Source of the DNA: an uncultured Acidobacteriota bacterium
GTDB taxonomy: Bacteria; Acidobacteriota; Terriglobia; UBA7540
DNA: 64,000 bases
Assembly (NCBI GenBank): GCA_963804995.1
Contig: CAWDSK010000005.1
Coordinates: 576,001-640,000, forward strand
Reading direction: 5' to 3'
The notes beneath the pieces were generated by a model that had not been told where the DNA came from, searched no databases, and was given only the letters and a program-made list of their open reading frames with translations. Every line of letters begins with the position of its first letter. Position 1 is the stretch's first letter. Shown one piece after another: positions 1 through 9,945 of this stretch. Both the position numbers and the translations under genes were made by a program.

Positions 1-894
1 GGTCGAGAGTGCCACCTCAACCTGGACAAAGCGGCCACGCGGCGCTTTGAGAATGCCATCGCGATCGAGCGGCATCCACTGCGACCACGTTTTCGGGCTC
101 GGCACATACGCCGTTCCAGATCGCACTCGAAGGGTCACGCCGCTCTTGGGGTCGAGCGCAGGGGAAACGGAGACCCGTAGCGGACCGGGCGCGGTAAGCG
201 GTGGCGCCAGCGGATTCCCCCCCAGGTTGGCGACATCCATCACCGGCAGCAGGATGGAGCCGCGGGAGAGAAAGTGCTCAAGATACACCCGGACGTAGTA
301 CTCTCCGGCGACATTGCACGCCGGACCGAGGCGGTCCACATTCCAGGACTTTCCCCCATCGGCGCTGCGCGCGCTACGGTGCGGCAATTCCTCGTAAGAA
401 TCATCGGCGTGCGCGATCCGGACCATCCCGGTGCCCCGGATGACGATGTCGTTCATTCCCGGCTTGAGTGCCGCCGGATCAATCGGGTACGCCTGCCATT
501 CCCCGTAGGATATCTTTTGGGGTGCTCCGAGATTCTGGGGGTGGCCGTTCACCTCGATTTTCAGGTCGCCACCGGGACCCACCATCAGGACCGCCTTACT
601 CGCCCGGGGATCGGGAATCAGGAGTTGCTTGCGAATGTCGATGCCGGGTGAAAGCTCCTCGCTGGTTGGCTTATAGGAGAAGCCGGAGGCGGGCCCGTCG
701 TCCTGGAAAACTTCGCCTGACTTCAGTTGTAGTGTCGCGCCATCTGGTGAGAGGGTAATGTTACTGCTCACGGCGCCTTCGTAAATCTTGGCGGCATCGA
801 GGCGGAGCGTCGCTGCCTGCGCCGGGCCCAATGCGAAGGCCGCAAGTACCGCTGCTCCGAGCGACTGTCGAGCGATCCGTAACCATAAGGGCAT
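1..894 (-). CDS. Secreted hypothetical protein, N-terminal part (runs off the window edge)
   Basis: Absent from the ORF track because it has no stop in the window. Manual translation from ATG at 894 (GAGG RBS upstream) is open to base 1: MPLWLRIARQSLGAAVLAAFALGPAQAATLRLDAAKIYEG... It has a signal peptide and an Asp-box-like SADGGKSW motif. Confidence 0.8.
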   Translation of the reverse strand, partial: MPLWLRIARQSLGAAVLAAFALGPAQAATLRLDAAKIYEGAVSSNITLSPDGATLQLKSGEVFQDDGPASGFSYKPTSEELSPGIDIRKQLLIPDPRASKAVLMVGPGGDLKIEVNGHPQNLGAPQKISYGEWQAYPIDPAALKPGMNDIVIRGTGMVRIAHADDSYEELPHRSARSADGGKSWNVDRLGPACNVAGEYYVRVYLEHFLSRGSILLPVMDVANLGGNPLAPPLTAPGPLRVSVSPALDPKSGVTLRVRSGTAYVPSPKTWSQWMPLDRDGILKAPRGRFVQVEVALST

Positions 895-1329
895 ATTTTT
901 CCTCTTAACAATTTGTGTTGTATTGCGGCCTATGAGAACCGGTCCAACACACGCGGAGAATTGAGGGCGTCATTATAGTAGCGCTTCCAGGAAACATTTG
1001 TTTCCCTTTTTGGAAGGCGTATAGCCGGGGTGCAACCGTGCGCCAGTAGCCCGCGAGGTGTGTGGAAGGCCGTAGCACAGGTCGCAAGAAGCCGTGAAAA
1101 ATCGGCATCCTTGCCGCCGAGGCGCTGAGACGCAGAGTAAGGGTCTTTGGCTTTCAAATCTCCGCTCCTCCGGGGCATGGACAGCCAGAGGCAACGCCGC
1201 AATTGTATTATTCTAAGGCCGCCGCACGGGGGTGGTAACGCAAAATCGCCGCAAGGATTGGCTCTCTCGTCCCGGGGCCCCTCGGGTATCTGCCGAGCGT
1301 TCCAGCGCGTCACGAGGTCTTATGTTCCA

Positions 1330-1367
1330 TTGACATACTCCCACTTCTTGTTAAACTCAAAGTGGGA
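1330..1367 (+). promoter_or_regulatory. Sigma70-type promoter with overlapping inverted-repeat operator for the vapBC pair
   Basis: TTGACA (1330)-16 nt-TAAACT with a TG extension. Inverted repeat TCCCACTT (1339-1346)/AAGTGGGA (1360-1367) brackets the -10. Confidence 0.65.
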
Positions 1368-1393
1368 TTTAGAAATCACTATGGAGAGGAATC

Positions 1394-1660
1394 GTGAACA
1401 CAAAACGCACTCACATTGTCATTCCTGAGCAGTTGGTAACTCGAATTGACATCATCGTGGGCAAACGAGGCCGGAGCAAATTCCTGACCCAAGCCGCTGA
1501 AAAAGAGCTCATGCGCCTCGGCCAGCTCAAGGCCCTTGAAGCTGCCGCCGGTTCCTGGAAAGACAAGGATCATCCCGAGCTGAAACGCGGAGCAGCGAAG
1601 TGGGTAGACAAGTTACGCCGCCAGGACGAGAAGCGCTTCGAGAAAGTGACAGCCCGCTAA
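1394..1660 (+). CDS. vapB: Antitoxin, ribbon-helix-helix/CopG-like (VapB-type)
   Basis: KRTHIVIPEQLVTRID...RSKFLTQAAE RHH-like pattern; directly upstream of a PIN toxin. Confidence 0.8.
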   Translation: MNTKRTHIVIPEQLVTRIDIIVGKRGRSKFLTQAAEKELMRLGQLKALEAAAGSWKDKDHPELKRGAAKWVDKLRRQDEKRFEKVTAR

Positions 1661-1661
1661 C

Positions 1662-2049
1662 ATGGCCACTTACCTTCTCGATTCGAGTGTCATTATTGAC
1701 GCTTTGAACGGCAAGCACAACCGGGACCAACTCTTCAAAGCACTCCTAGAACGGGGTCACCTGCTGGCCTGCTGTCCAATCAACGTGACAGAAGTCTACG
1801 CCGGTCTTCGGTCCCACGAGGAAACTCGGACGAGGGAACTTCTCGAAGAGCTTGCAGTACTTTCCGATCGTGTGGCCAGTTGCCCGTTTGGCGGGCCTGC
1901 TGAAATGTGACTATGCCCGCAAAGGCACTACCCTGGCAACCACCGACGCTACCATTGCAGCGGTCGCCATCCACCACCAACTTACTCTTATCACCGGTAA
2001 TCTTAAACACTATCCGATGAAGGAACTGAGCATCTACCCCCTGCCTTGA
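1662..2049 (+). pseudogene. vapC: VapC PIN-domain toxin, split by a +1 frameshift at about 1846
   Basis: YLLDSSVIID N-terminus (1662 ORF) and DATIAAVAIHHQLTLITGNLKHYP C-terminus (1852 ORF). Removing one A from GAAG joins them. May be a sequencing error. Confidence 0.85.
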
Positions 2050-2068
2050 TCCCGACAATGATGACAGC

Positions 2069-2320
2069 TCACACCCGACAGCTTACGTCTTGTGACGGGC
2101 GGGTAGCCTCGGTGGCGCTGCGGCGGAAATAGTCCAGCCAAAAGGCGGGATCGTAGTTGCCCGGATCGTCCTCTACGAAGGCGAGTTGCGCCCAGCGCAT
2201 CGGAAGGTCGTACCATCCTTTTTGATCTGACCCGGCCACTTCCCAAGCAATGTCAGGGCTGCCCGTGGCTAGCAACGACCCGATGGCGACCGTCTGCAAA
2301 AAATCACGTCGGTTTACCAT
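2069..2320 (-). pseudogene. N-terminal fragment of a Tat-exported glycoside-hydrolase-like protein
   Basis: NRRDFL Tat motif followed by WYDLPMRWAQLAFVEDDPGNYDPAFWLDYFRR, which I recall as the start of a much longer GHL6-like family. The frame degenerates and stops after about 70 aa. Confidence 0.6.
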
Positions 2321-2407
2321 GACCCAAACCTCCTTCGACCTAAGAGTCGAAACTCCAGGCGGGAACTACTGATGTGCGTTGCAGGTAACGATACTTGAAG
2401 CGCCGCC

Positions 2408-2672
2408 CTTATGTTTTCTAATTCATAAGTTATAAATTGTTCCGACGCCCCGCGCGTATAAGTAACCCCTCATCCGGCCTCATACGTCGGCCACCTTCTT
2501 CCGCCACGGCGGAACTGCGACCCCTGGAACAAGGCTGGGATTTAGGATGCCTAGCCCTCTCCGAGGGGAGAGGGTGGACCGCCGCCGGCGCCCTCATCAG
2601 CCGGGGCGGGACGGGTGAGGGGGTACGTGGGCGTTTGAGAATTCTACAAGTTAGGAATTCAAAAAACATTCG
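2408..2672. mobile_element. MITE-like element (AT-rich terminal inverted repeats enclosing a CCCTCA-type REP doublet), copy 1
   Basis: Reverse-complement homolog of 17877-18121 and 43612-43910; ends CTTATGTTTTCTAATTC...GAATTCAAAAAACATT. Confidence 0.75.
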
Positions 2673-2812
2673 CGAGGCACATGCCGGGCTAAAGCCCGGC
2701 GCTTCAAAATCGACCTTTAGGAAGTCCGCCGCGCGGGATGAAGATTTATACGCAGCATTGCGATCCGGTGTTAAATTGCTGCTTCGAATTGCCTTAAAGA
2801 AAGGCCGCCCCG

Positions 2813-5041
2813 ATGAAATTCTACCAGCTTGTCTTGATGTTGGTTCTCGAATCCAGCCTGGCGCTGGGCCAAGGCTTGGAATGCGACCTCCGCGAATATA
2901 AGCCGCTCGATGGGTTAAAAGCCGAGGTCGTCGCTGGAGAATTGCAGGTCTCCTGGCAGGGGGAGCGCGACCAGCAGTTGCGCGCCGTCTTCGCCGTGGT
3001 GAAGGGTCAGCCCTGGGTGAGGGAACTCGCGGTTCGCAAAGGACCGGACCCTTGGAGGGTGCTGGGGCGCAATCTTTACCCAGAGTTCGATGTGGTCAGC
3101 GGCCGGCGGCGTCTTTCTGAGCAGCAAGCTGCGCCCATGCGCGCACTGGGAATCGCCCTGACGCCCGATGTCATCGAACGGGAAAAGTGGAATGCTTTTT
3201 GGGATGCGCCGCTCGAGGTTCCGGGAAATCCCGGTACCAATCTCAACTTGCCGCGAGCAGCGCAGGAAATTCGCCGGGCCACGGCTACTTACCAAGTGAC
3301 CGGGTGCCGGGTGAAGACCGAGGGGGCGCGTCTGGAAATCACTTTTCCCGGCCTCTCCTTGGGGATTTTTGCGGGAGATTTGCGTTTCACGGTTTATCGC
3401 GGAGCTAACCTTCTGCGCCAGGAGGCCATCGCCAAGACCGACGAGCCTTCCGTGGCCTACAAATACAATGCAGGTCTGAAGGGTTTTGCCATCAAAACTG
3501 CGCCACGCGTCGTCTGGCAGGACGTGTCCCGCACCTGGCAGCAGTACGAATTTGGCGGGGGTGTCAACAATGACCCGGTGGCCCTGCGTGCCCGCAACCG
3601 CCTGATGATTGTGGAAACTGCGGGTGGGTCACTCGCCATCTTTCCGCCCTCCCACAAATTCTTTTTCGCCCGCGAAATCGAGCTGAACCTCGGCTACGTT
3701 TGGTATCGCAAAGATGACGACCAGACGTTTTCCGCCGGCGTGCGGCAGGCCGAGCACGAAGAAGAGGAGCGGCCGTTCGGAGTTTCAGAGAACGAGTGGC
3801 GGCGGCGCGCCTCGGAATCGCGTGGCAATCTGGGAAACTTCGCGCTTTACAACGCTCCGCCGGGAACCTGGCAGCGCATGCCGGTTTATTATTACTTGAG
3901 TGCCGGCGATGGCCGCTCAACGCAGGGCAAGGTCCTGGCCTTTACCCACAACGACACCTTCAAACCGCTGCCGGGCTACCAGGTTATGGTCAGCCATTTT
4001 CACACGCGCTTCACCGAAATGTTGGAGGACGCAGGCACTCTTGATCTACAACCGGGCTTTTTACCGGTCTTCCGCGGGCTGGGGATCAATATCGCGATGA
4101 TGTCGGATTTCCACGGCAGCGAATTGCACCCCAAAGATCCCGGTCCCATTCGCTTCCGGGAGCAGAAGGATTACTTCGACGCCTGCCGCCGTTTTTCCGA
4201 TCGTAGCTTCCTGATCATGCCGGGTGAGGAGCCGGACGGCGCCCTGGGCGGCCACTACACCTTCGTGTTCCCCAAGCCTGTCTATTGGAGCCGCGTGCGG
4301 GAAGCCGGCCAGCCTTTTACGGAGCAGGATCCCAAGTACGGCAAGGTGTACCACCCGGGTTCGGCGGCGGAGGAATTGCAGTTGCTTCAAGACGAGCAGG
4401 GTTTGATGTGGCAGACGCACCCGCGGACGAAAGGCTCCACCGGTTACCCCGATGCGGTGCGAGCTTGGGACCATTTCAAAAGCGACCGGTTCCTGGGCGC
4501 CTCCTACCAATCCTTGCCGGTGGATCTATCCGAACCCCGCATTTGTGAGAAGCGCTGCTTCGGCGTTCTGGACGATATGAATAATTGGGCCGGCCCGAAG
4601 TTCATGATAGCCGAGGGTGACACCTATTTGAAATATCCGGACGATGAGACCTATCCGCACCTGATCGTGAATTACGTCAAGCTGGCTCACCTTCCGGGTT
4701 TCGACGAGGACTGGAGCCCGATTCTCCACGCCATGCGGGCTGGCGATTTCTATGTGAGCACCGGCGAAGTCCTCTTGCGGAATTACGCCATTGAAGGCAC
4801 GGGCGCGACGCGAACTTTCACAGCAGACGCGGAATGGACCTTCCCCCCGGAATTTGTGGAGTTGGTTTGGAGCGATGGGACGACCGTCGACCGGAAAGTT
4901 ATTTCGGAAACAGAACTTGCGCCCTTCGGCAGCCAGCGCTTTTCAATCCCCTTTGACGCCACCGGCAAAAAGTGGGTTCGGTTTGCCATCTGGGATTCAG
5001 CCGGCAATGGAGCCTTTACCCAGCCTACCCATCTGCGGTAG
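2813..5041 (+). CDS. Secreted hypothetical protein with a C-terminal PHP-like metallohydrolase domain
   Basis: 742 aa with a signal peptide. Metal-ligand-like motifs SHFHT, SDFH, PGEE, GGHY, HPRTK and EGD appear in PHP order. Confidence 0.65.
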   Translation: MKFYQLVLMLVLESSLALGQGLECDLREYKPLDGLKAEVVAGELQVSWQGERDQQLRAVFAVVKGQPWVRELAVRKGPDPWRVLGRNLYPEFDVVSGRRRLSEQQAAPMRALGIALTPDVIEREKWNAFWDAPLEVPGNPGTNLNLPRAAQEIRRATATYQVTGCRVKTEGARLEITFPGLSLGIFAGDLRFTVYRGANLLRQEAIAKTDEPSVAYKYNAGLKGFAIKTAPRVVWQDVSRTWQQYEFGGGVNNDPVALRARNRLMIVETAGGSLAIFPPSHKFFFAREIELNLGYVWYRKDDDQTFSAGVRQAEHEEEERPFGVSENEWRRRASESRGNLGNFALYNAPPGTWQRMPVYYYLSAGDGRSTQGKVLAFTHNDTFKPLPGYQVMVSHFHTRFTEMLEDAGTLDLQPGFLPVFRGLGINIAMMSDFHGSELHPKDPGPIRFREQKDYFDACRRFSDRSFLIMPGEEPDGALGGHYTFVFPKPVYWSRVREAGQPFTEQDPKYGKVYHPGSAAEELQLLQDEQGLMWQTHPRTKGSTGYPDAVRAWDHFKSDRFLGASYQSLPVDLSEPRICEKRCFGVLDDMNNWAGPKFMIAEGDTYLKYPDDETYPHLIVNYVKLAHLPGFDEDWSPILHAMRAGDFYVSTGEVLLRNYAIEGTGATRTFTADAEWTFPPEFVELVWSDGTTVDRKVISETELAPFGSQRFSIPFDATGKKWVRFAIWDSAGNGAFTQPTHLR

Positions 5042-5179
5042 GGTTATGCGGAAGTCAGCAATCTCACTCTTACCCAAGAGACGCTGGGGAGCATCGCGCC
5101 GCGGCGCTCTGCATACTTGCCACGCACGCGGATGGAACGGACTTTCAAACCAAAACAAGAGGGGAGCGGAGTTTGCCTT

Positions 5180-6604
5180 ATGAACAAGATATCACGACGT
5201 AGTTTCGCACAGGCCCTCGCGGGCCTAAGCGCGTCTTCGCTGGCGGCGGCTGCGGGCGCCCCGAAATCGTTCCCAAGCACCCACGGGAACGCTGCTTCTA
5301 CCGCTGGGCTCAACGTGGCCGCCTTCTCCTGTGACATCACGCCTCCCATCGGGAGCCCCTTGCAGTACTGCCAGCCGCCGGTGGCGACCAGCGTAGAGAG
5401 TCCGCTCCTGGCCAAGGGGATCATCTTGTCGGACGGGAGCACCCGCTACTGCCTCTGCGCCTTTGACTATTGTGAGATTCACACGGGCGCCCACGATCTA
5501 TTTCGCCGGGGAATTGCGGATGCCCTCGGCGTGAATGAGCTGCAAGTCGAGGTGCACTGTATCCACCAGCACGATGCGCCCATGAACGACTCCGATGCCG
5601 AAATGCTTTTGGATTTGATGCCGTCGCCTCCCCATATTACGGATCTTGCTTTTCTCAAATTGGCTGCCGAAAGGGTTTCCTCTGCCGCCCGCAATGCCCT
5701 GGACCGCCTCACGCCTTTGACGCACATTGGTTGCGGCAAAGCGGAGGTGGAGAAGGTCACCTCCAACCGGCGCGTCCCGATGCCGGACGGCTCCATCGGA
5801 GTGCGATACACGGCCTCGACCGATCCCGTACTGATCGCCGCGCCGGAAGGCCTGATCGATCCCTGGCTGCGAACCATCACCTTTTTCGATCGGGAGCGGC
5901 CCCTCGCGCGGCTGCATTACTACGCCTCGCACCCCCAAAGCCACTATGGTCAGGGGCATATGACCCCGGACTTCCCCGGCTTGGCTCGGGAGCAATTGGA
6001 GAAGGAAGAAGGTGTGCCGCAGATTTACTTTACCGGCTGTGGCGGCAATATCGGCGCCGGGAAGTACAACGATGGTTCTCCGGAAGCCCGCGTGCAATTG
6101 ACGGAGCGGATGTATCAGGGCATGAAAGGAGCCATCGCGGCGACCCGCAAGGAGCCTTGCTCTGGTATTTCCTGGAAGACTGACGAAGTCAGGTTTGCCC
6201 TGCGCACCGAGCCGGATTTTTCAGAATCTCACCTTCGCGAAGTGCTTCGAGACCCCAATCAACCCTATGGGGAGCGGACGAAGGCCGTGTTAGCTTTGGC
6301 ATGGTACAACCGTGTGAAGGTGCGGCCCACGGTCGACGTGAGTCTCTATCGCCTGGGACCCGCCCGCATTCTGCATCTGCCGGGCGAATGCTTTGTAGAG
6401 TATCAACTCTATGCCCAGGGGCTCCGGCCTGATGACTTCCTTGCAGTAGCCGCATACGGCGAGCTCGGCCCCGTATACATCTGTACCGATAAGGCCATTA
6501 CCGAGGGGGGATACGAACCAACGGATTCCTTCGTGGGGCCGCCCAGTGAAAGGCTCTTGAAAGATGCCATCGCAAGACTGCTGGCGGATCAGCGCACAGG
6601 CTGA
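5180..6604 (+). CDS. Tat-exported protein, neutral/alkaline ceramidase N-terminal domain family
   Basis: SRRSF Tat signal; DITPPIG, HQHDAP, YASHP, GCGGN and GGYEP motifs. Confidence 0.75.
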   Translation: MNKISRRSFAQALAGLSASSLAAAAGAPKSFPSTHGNAASTAGLNVAAFSCDITPPIGSPLQYCQPPVATSVESPLLAKGIILSDGSTRYCLCAFDYCEIHTGAHDLFRRGIADALGVNELQVEVHCIHQHDAPMNDSDAEMLLDLMPSPPHITDLAFLKLAAERVSSAARNALDRLTPLTHIGCGKAEVEKVTSNRRVPMPDGSIGVRYTASTDPVLIAAPEGLIDPWLRTITFFDRERPLARLHYYASHPQSHYGQGHMTPDFPGLAREQLEKEEGVPQIYFTGCGGNIGAGKYNDGSPEARVQLTERMYQGMKGAIAATRKEPCSGISWKTDEVRFALRTEPDFSESHLREVLRDPNQPYGERTKAVLALAWYNRVKVRPTVDVSLYRLGPARILHLPGECFVEYQLYAQGLRPDDFLAVAAYGELGPVYICTDKAITEGGYEPTDSFVGPPSERLLKDAIARLLADQRTG

Positions 6605-6731
6605 GCGTGTCAGACTACCCACGGCGGGAGCAGATTGGGATCACCCGAACGACCACGGTACCCGAAGCGAAGTCATGGGTGAGTACAGGTACCCAGGGAT
6701 TTAAGGACATCCTTAATTCCGAGGAGGGGAT

Positions 6732-8087
6732 ATGCACATCGGCAAGGTATCAACACTGTTTATCTGCTTGGCTCTCACCGCAGGCGCGCAGGCCCAGGCC
6801 GCTTGGAAGGCTGGCGTGGCCAAGGTTGATATTACGCCCACGGAGCCAATTTGGATGGCCGGGTACTCATCGCGCGTGAAACCATCAGAGGGCATACGGA
6901 AGAATCTGTACGTCGTTGCACTCGCCCTCGAGGATGAGACCGGCGCAAAATCTGTGCTCGTCACGTTCGATCTGGTCAAAATCGGGCGCGATTGGGGGAA
7001 GGCTATCACCGACCGCAGCCAACAGGAGTTCGGGGTGACGCGCGACCACATCGTGTTGAATTGCTCGCACACCCATAGCGGGCCGGTGACCGGCGAGGTG
7101 GCTCCCTATTACGCTTCCCTGACTCCTGCGCAGGTGGAGGTGGAACGGCGCTACACCCACGCCATGGTCGACAAGGCGGTGGGGGCGGTGGGGCAAGCGA
7201 TCCGGAATATGTCACCGGCCACGCTGGAATTTGAACAGGGACTGGCAGGCATTGGCGTGAACCGCCGGCGGGTGCGACTGCGCTCGCTGCCTGGCGCGGT
7301 GGACCAGGACGTTCCGGTGCTGGCCGTACGCGGTGCGAACGGAGAGTTGCGGGCGGTGGTGGTCGGTTACGCTTGCCACGCCACGGCGCTGGGGGATTAC
7401 CAGATCAACGCGGACTGGCCGGGTTACGCCAAAGAAGAAATCGAGAAGGCGCATCCGGGCACGATTGCCCTTTTCGTCCAGGGTTGCGGCGCTGACGAGA
7501 ATCCGCTGCCGCGTTATCAGGGCGAAGATCCCACCCTGCTTCATTACTCGGTGGAGCTGCCGCAAATGTATGGAAAGATCCTCGCGGCTGCTGTCGATCT
7601 GGTGCTGCATGAAAAGATGACGTCGCTCGCGGGGCCCCTCCGCACCGCTTACGAGACGGTGGACATTCCTATCCGCCCGGCGAGCAAGGAGCAGTTGCAG
7701 GCTGCGCTGAACAGCAGCAACAGTGACGAACGCTCCGCGGCGAAGTTGTTGCTGGCCAAGCTGGGCCCGGACGGGAAGCTGCCGGACCACTATGCCTACC
7801 CGGTTGAAGTCTGGCAGTTCGGCCGTGGGTTGAAGTTCATCGCCCTCTCCGGCGAGGTGGTAGTTGATTACTCGCTTCGACTGAAGGCGCAGTACGGGTG
7901 GGATGCGACTTGGGTCGCAGGCTATTCGAATGACGTCTTCGCGTACATCCCCTCGCTGAGAGTTTTGCGCGAAGGGGGCTACGAAGGTGGCGACGCGAAT
8001 AAGGATTTGGGAGGTCCCTTCGGTGCAGCGGTGGAAGAGGACATTGTGGAGAAGGTGGCCGACTTAGTGAAGCGCACCGGAGAATAA
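6732..8087 (+). CDS. Neutral/alkaline non-lysosomal ceramidase N-terminal domain protein
   Basis: Signal peptide; KAGVAKVDITP, SHTHSGP, YACHAT, QGCGAD and EGGYEG motifs. Confidence 0.8.
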   Translation: MHIGKVSTLFICLALTAGAQAQAAWKAGVAKVDITPTEPIWMAGYSSRVKPSEGIRKNLYVVALALEDETGAKSVLVTFDLVKIGRDWGKAITDRSQQEFGVTRDHIVLNCSHTHSGPVTGEVAPYYASLTPAQVEVERRYTHAMVDKAVGAVGQAIRNMSPATLEFEQGLAGIGVNRRRVRLRSLPGAVDQDVPVLAVRGANGELRAVVVGYACHATALGDYQINADWPGYAKEEIEKAHPGTIALFVQGCGADENPLPRYQGEDPTLLHYSVELPQMYGKILAAAVDLVLHEKMTSLAGPLRTAYETVDIPIRPASKEQLQAALNSSNSDERSAAKLLLAKLGPDGKLPDHYAYPVEVWQFGRGLKFIALSGEVVVDYSLRLKAQYGWDATWVAGYSNDVFAYIPSLRVLREGGYEGGDANKDLGGPFGAAVEEDIVEKVADLVKRTGE

Positions 8088-8507
8088 GTGGGGTCGCGCA
8101 GCGGGGCCGAGTCCTTGATGAAAAGTCCTATGGAAAAACGCCAGAGGTTGGGGAAATTGGTGGGACCTCGCTCGCTATGCCCCGCGGAGAGCAACAAGTG
8201 GGACATGTCCCACATTGACGAAACGTCGTGAGCCAATGAAGGTTGAGTAGCCGGGCGCGCCGTACCCACCGGGGCCTGCAGGAGAGACTCAAGCGGCAAA
8301 GGGGACCGGGCAAAAGTGAAAATCCGTACCCCCAATTATCCTTGCTCAAGTAACCAGGAATTATGCCTTGGCATTGCGTCGTTCAGGCTGCTCAACCTCT
8401 GGGCTCGCAGGCTAGCCATCTGTTGCACAGTTTTGAAACGGACCTTCTCATGCTGGTACTGCGGCCTTGTGACGGAAGGAAATCCCATTTGAAATGAGGT
8501 GCGCACC

Positions 8508-9695
8508 ATGAGCAACCTCACGCCCGACGTGGCGAGGGCAGTGGCGGATCGGCCAGAAACATTTTCCGCACCCCCTGCGCGCGCGGTCTTACCCGGCAGG
8601 GTCATGTCGATTGACGCCCTGCGCGGCTTTGACATGTTCTGGCTGATGAATGGCCGCGGCATCGTGCTGGCGTGGGCGGCGCTGGCGGGAGGATGGTGGG
8701 AGGAAGCGGCGCGGGTTCAATTCTCGCATTCCGACTTCATGGGCTCCTGGGTGGGGTTCAATTTTTGGGACTTCATCGCGCCTCTATTCCTATTCGTGAT
8801 CGGGCTCAGCATGCCGTATTCGATTTCGAGGCGCCTGGAGCGGGGTGAGAGTCGCCGCAGGCTGTACCGCCACATCGTGCAGCGCACCGTGGTGCTGATC
8901 GTGCTCGGCTGGCTCATGAACGGCTGGCTGGCGTTCCAGTTGCCACTGCGGCTTAGCGGAGTGCTGCCGCGCGTGGCGCTCTCCTACTTCATCGCTGCCC
9001 TGATTGTCATGGGAGCGAGCCGGCGCGGCCAAGTGGCGTGGACCGCGGGCATCCTGCTGGGCTATTGGGCGGTGATGGCGCTGGTCCCCGTGCCGGGATA
9101 CGGCGCCGGCGTGTACACGGCGGCCGGCAACCTCTCCGGTTACATCGACCGCTTGTTACTGCCGGGCAAGTACTGCTGCGCTCCGTATGTGCCGTACGGA
9201 GATCACATGGGCATTCTCGGCACGTTCCCCTCCGCCATGCACGTGATGCTGGGAGTTTTCTGCGGATACCTGGTGCGGTCCGCGTTGCCACACCGAAGGA
9301 AACTGCTGATCCTCGCGGGCGGCGGGGTGGCGAGCCTCGCCGTGGGCAAGGCCTGGGGCCTGGTGTTTCCCATCATCATGCCGCTCTGGACCAGTTCTTT
9401 CGTGCTTTACAGCAACGGCTGGAGCATGCTGCTGTTCGCGCTTTTCTACTGGATCATCGACGTGCGCGGCTACCGGAAGTGGGCCTTCCCGTTCGTAGTG
9501 ATCGGAATGAACGCCATCGCCATTTATGTCCTGGATAACCAGTTCCCCTTCGGGGACGTTGCGAACATTTTCTTTCGCGGAGTGGTCCTGCACTCGGGCA
9601 GCCTCGCACCGCTCGTTTCCGCGGTGACCCTGGTAGGCACGGAATGGGCGTTCCTCTATTTCTTGTATCGCAAGAAGATTTTCATCAAAGTGTGA
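8508..9695 (+). CDS. Membrane acyltransferase, heparan-alpha-glucosaminide N-acetyltransferase (HGSNAT/NagX, DUF5009) family
   Basis: RVMSIDALRGFDMFW, DFIAPLFLFVIG, LWTSSFVL and GMNAIAIY motifs; multiple TM helices. Confidence 0.85.
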   Translation: MSNLTPDVARAVADRPETFSAPPARAVLPGRVMSIDALRGFDMFWLMNGRGIVLAWAALAGGWWEEAARVQFSHSDFMGSWVGFNFWDFIAPLFLFVIGLSMPYSISRRLERGESRRRLYRHIVQRTVVLIVLGWLMNGWLAFQLPLRLSGVLPRVALSYFIAALIVMGASRRGQVAWTAGILLGYWAVMALVPVPGYGAGVYTAAGNLSGYIDRLLLPGKYCCAPYVPYGDHMGILGTFPSAMHVMLGVFCGYLVRSALPHRRKLLILAGGGVASLAVGKAWGLVFPIIMPLWTSSFVLYSNGWSMLLFALFYWIIDVRGYRKWAFPFVVIGMNAIAIYVLDNQFPFGDVANIFFRGVVLHSGSLAPLVSAVTLVGTEWAFLYFLYRKKIFIKV

Positions 9696-9738
9696 AAGCC
9701 GGGTAGCGTGGTGCGGCGGAGCCGCAACCCAGGAAGAA

Positions 9739-9872
9739 TTCACCACAGAGGCCACAGAGGTCACGGAGATCGGACGGAGGAAAAGCTGGGAGTCAAAAAA
9801 CCAGGAACCGTGATCTCTGTCCCGACAGACTGGAATATTTTTCTCTGTGGTCTCTGTGCTCTCTGTGGTGAA
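9739..9872. repeat. Inverted pair of CACAGAG-type 9-mer tandem repeats
   Basis: TTCACCACAGAGGCCACAGAGGTCACGGAG ... CTCTGTGGTCTCTGTGCTCTCTGTGGTGAA. Partial copies at about 1110 and 12413. Confidence 0.8.
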
Positions 9873-9945
9873 TCTTTTCCTTTGCAGCAATCGAAGAGGT
9901 TGGCCCTAAGCAGTAGGTTGTCCTTAACCGTCAACCCCAAAGCGG

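Noticed and set aside
8088..8500. Possible riboswitch or ncRNA in long intergenic gaps (also 900-1320, 15612-15870)
   Set aside because: Only an isolated palindrome (GTGGGACATGTCCCAC, about 8198) is visible; no recognisable riboswitch consensus. An Rfam scan is needed.
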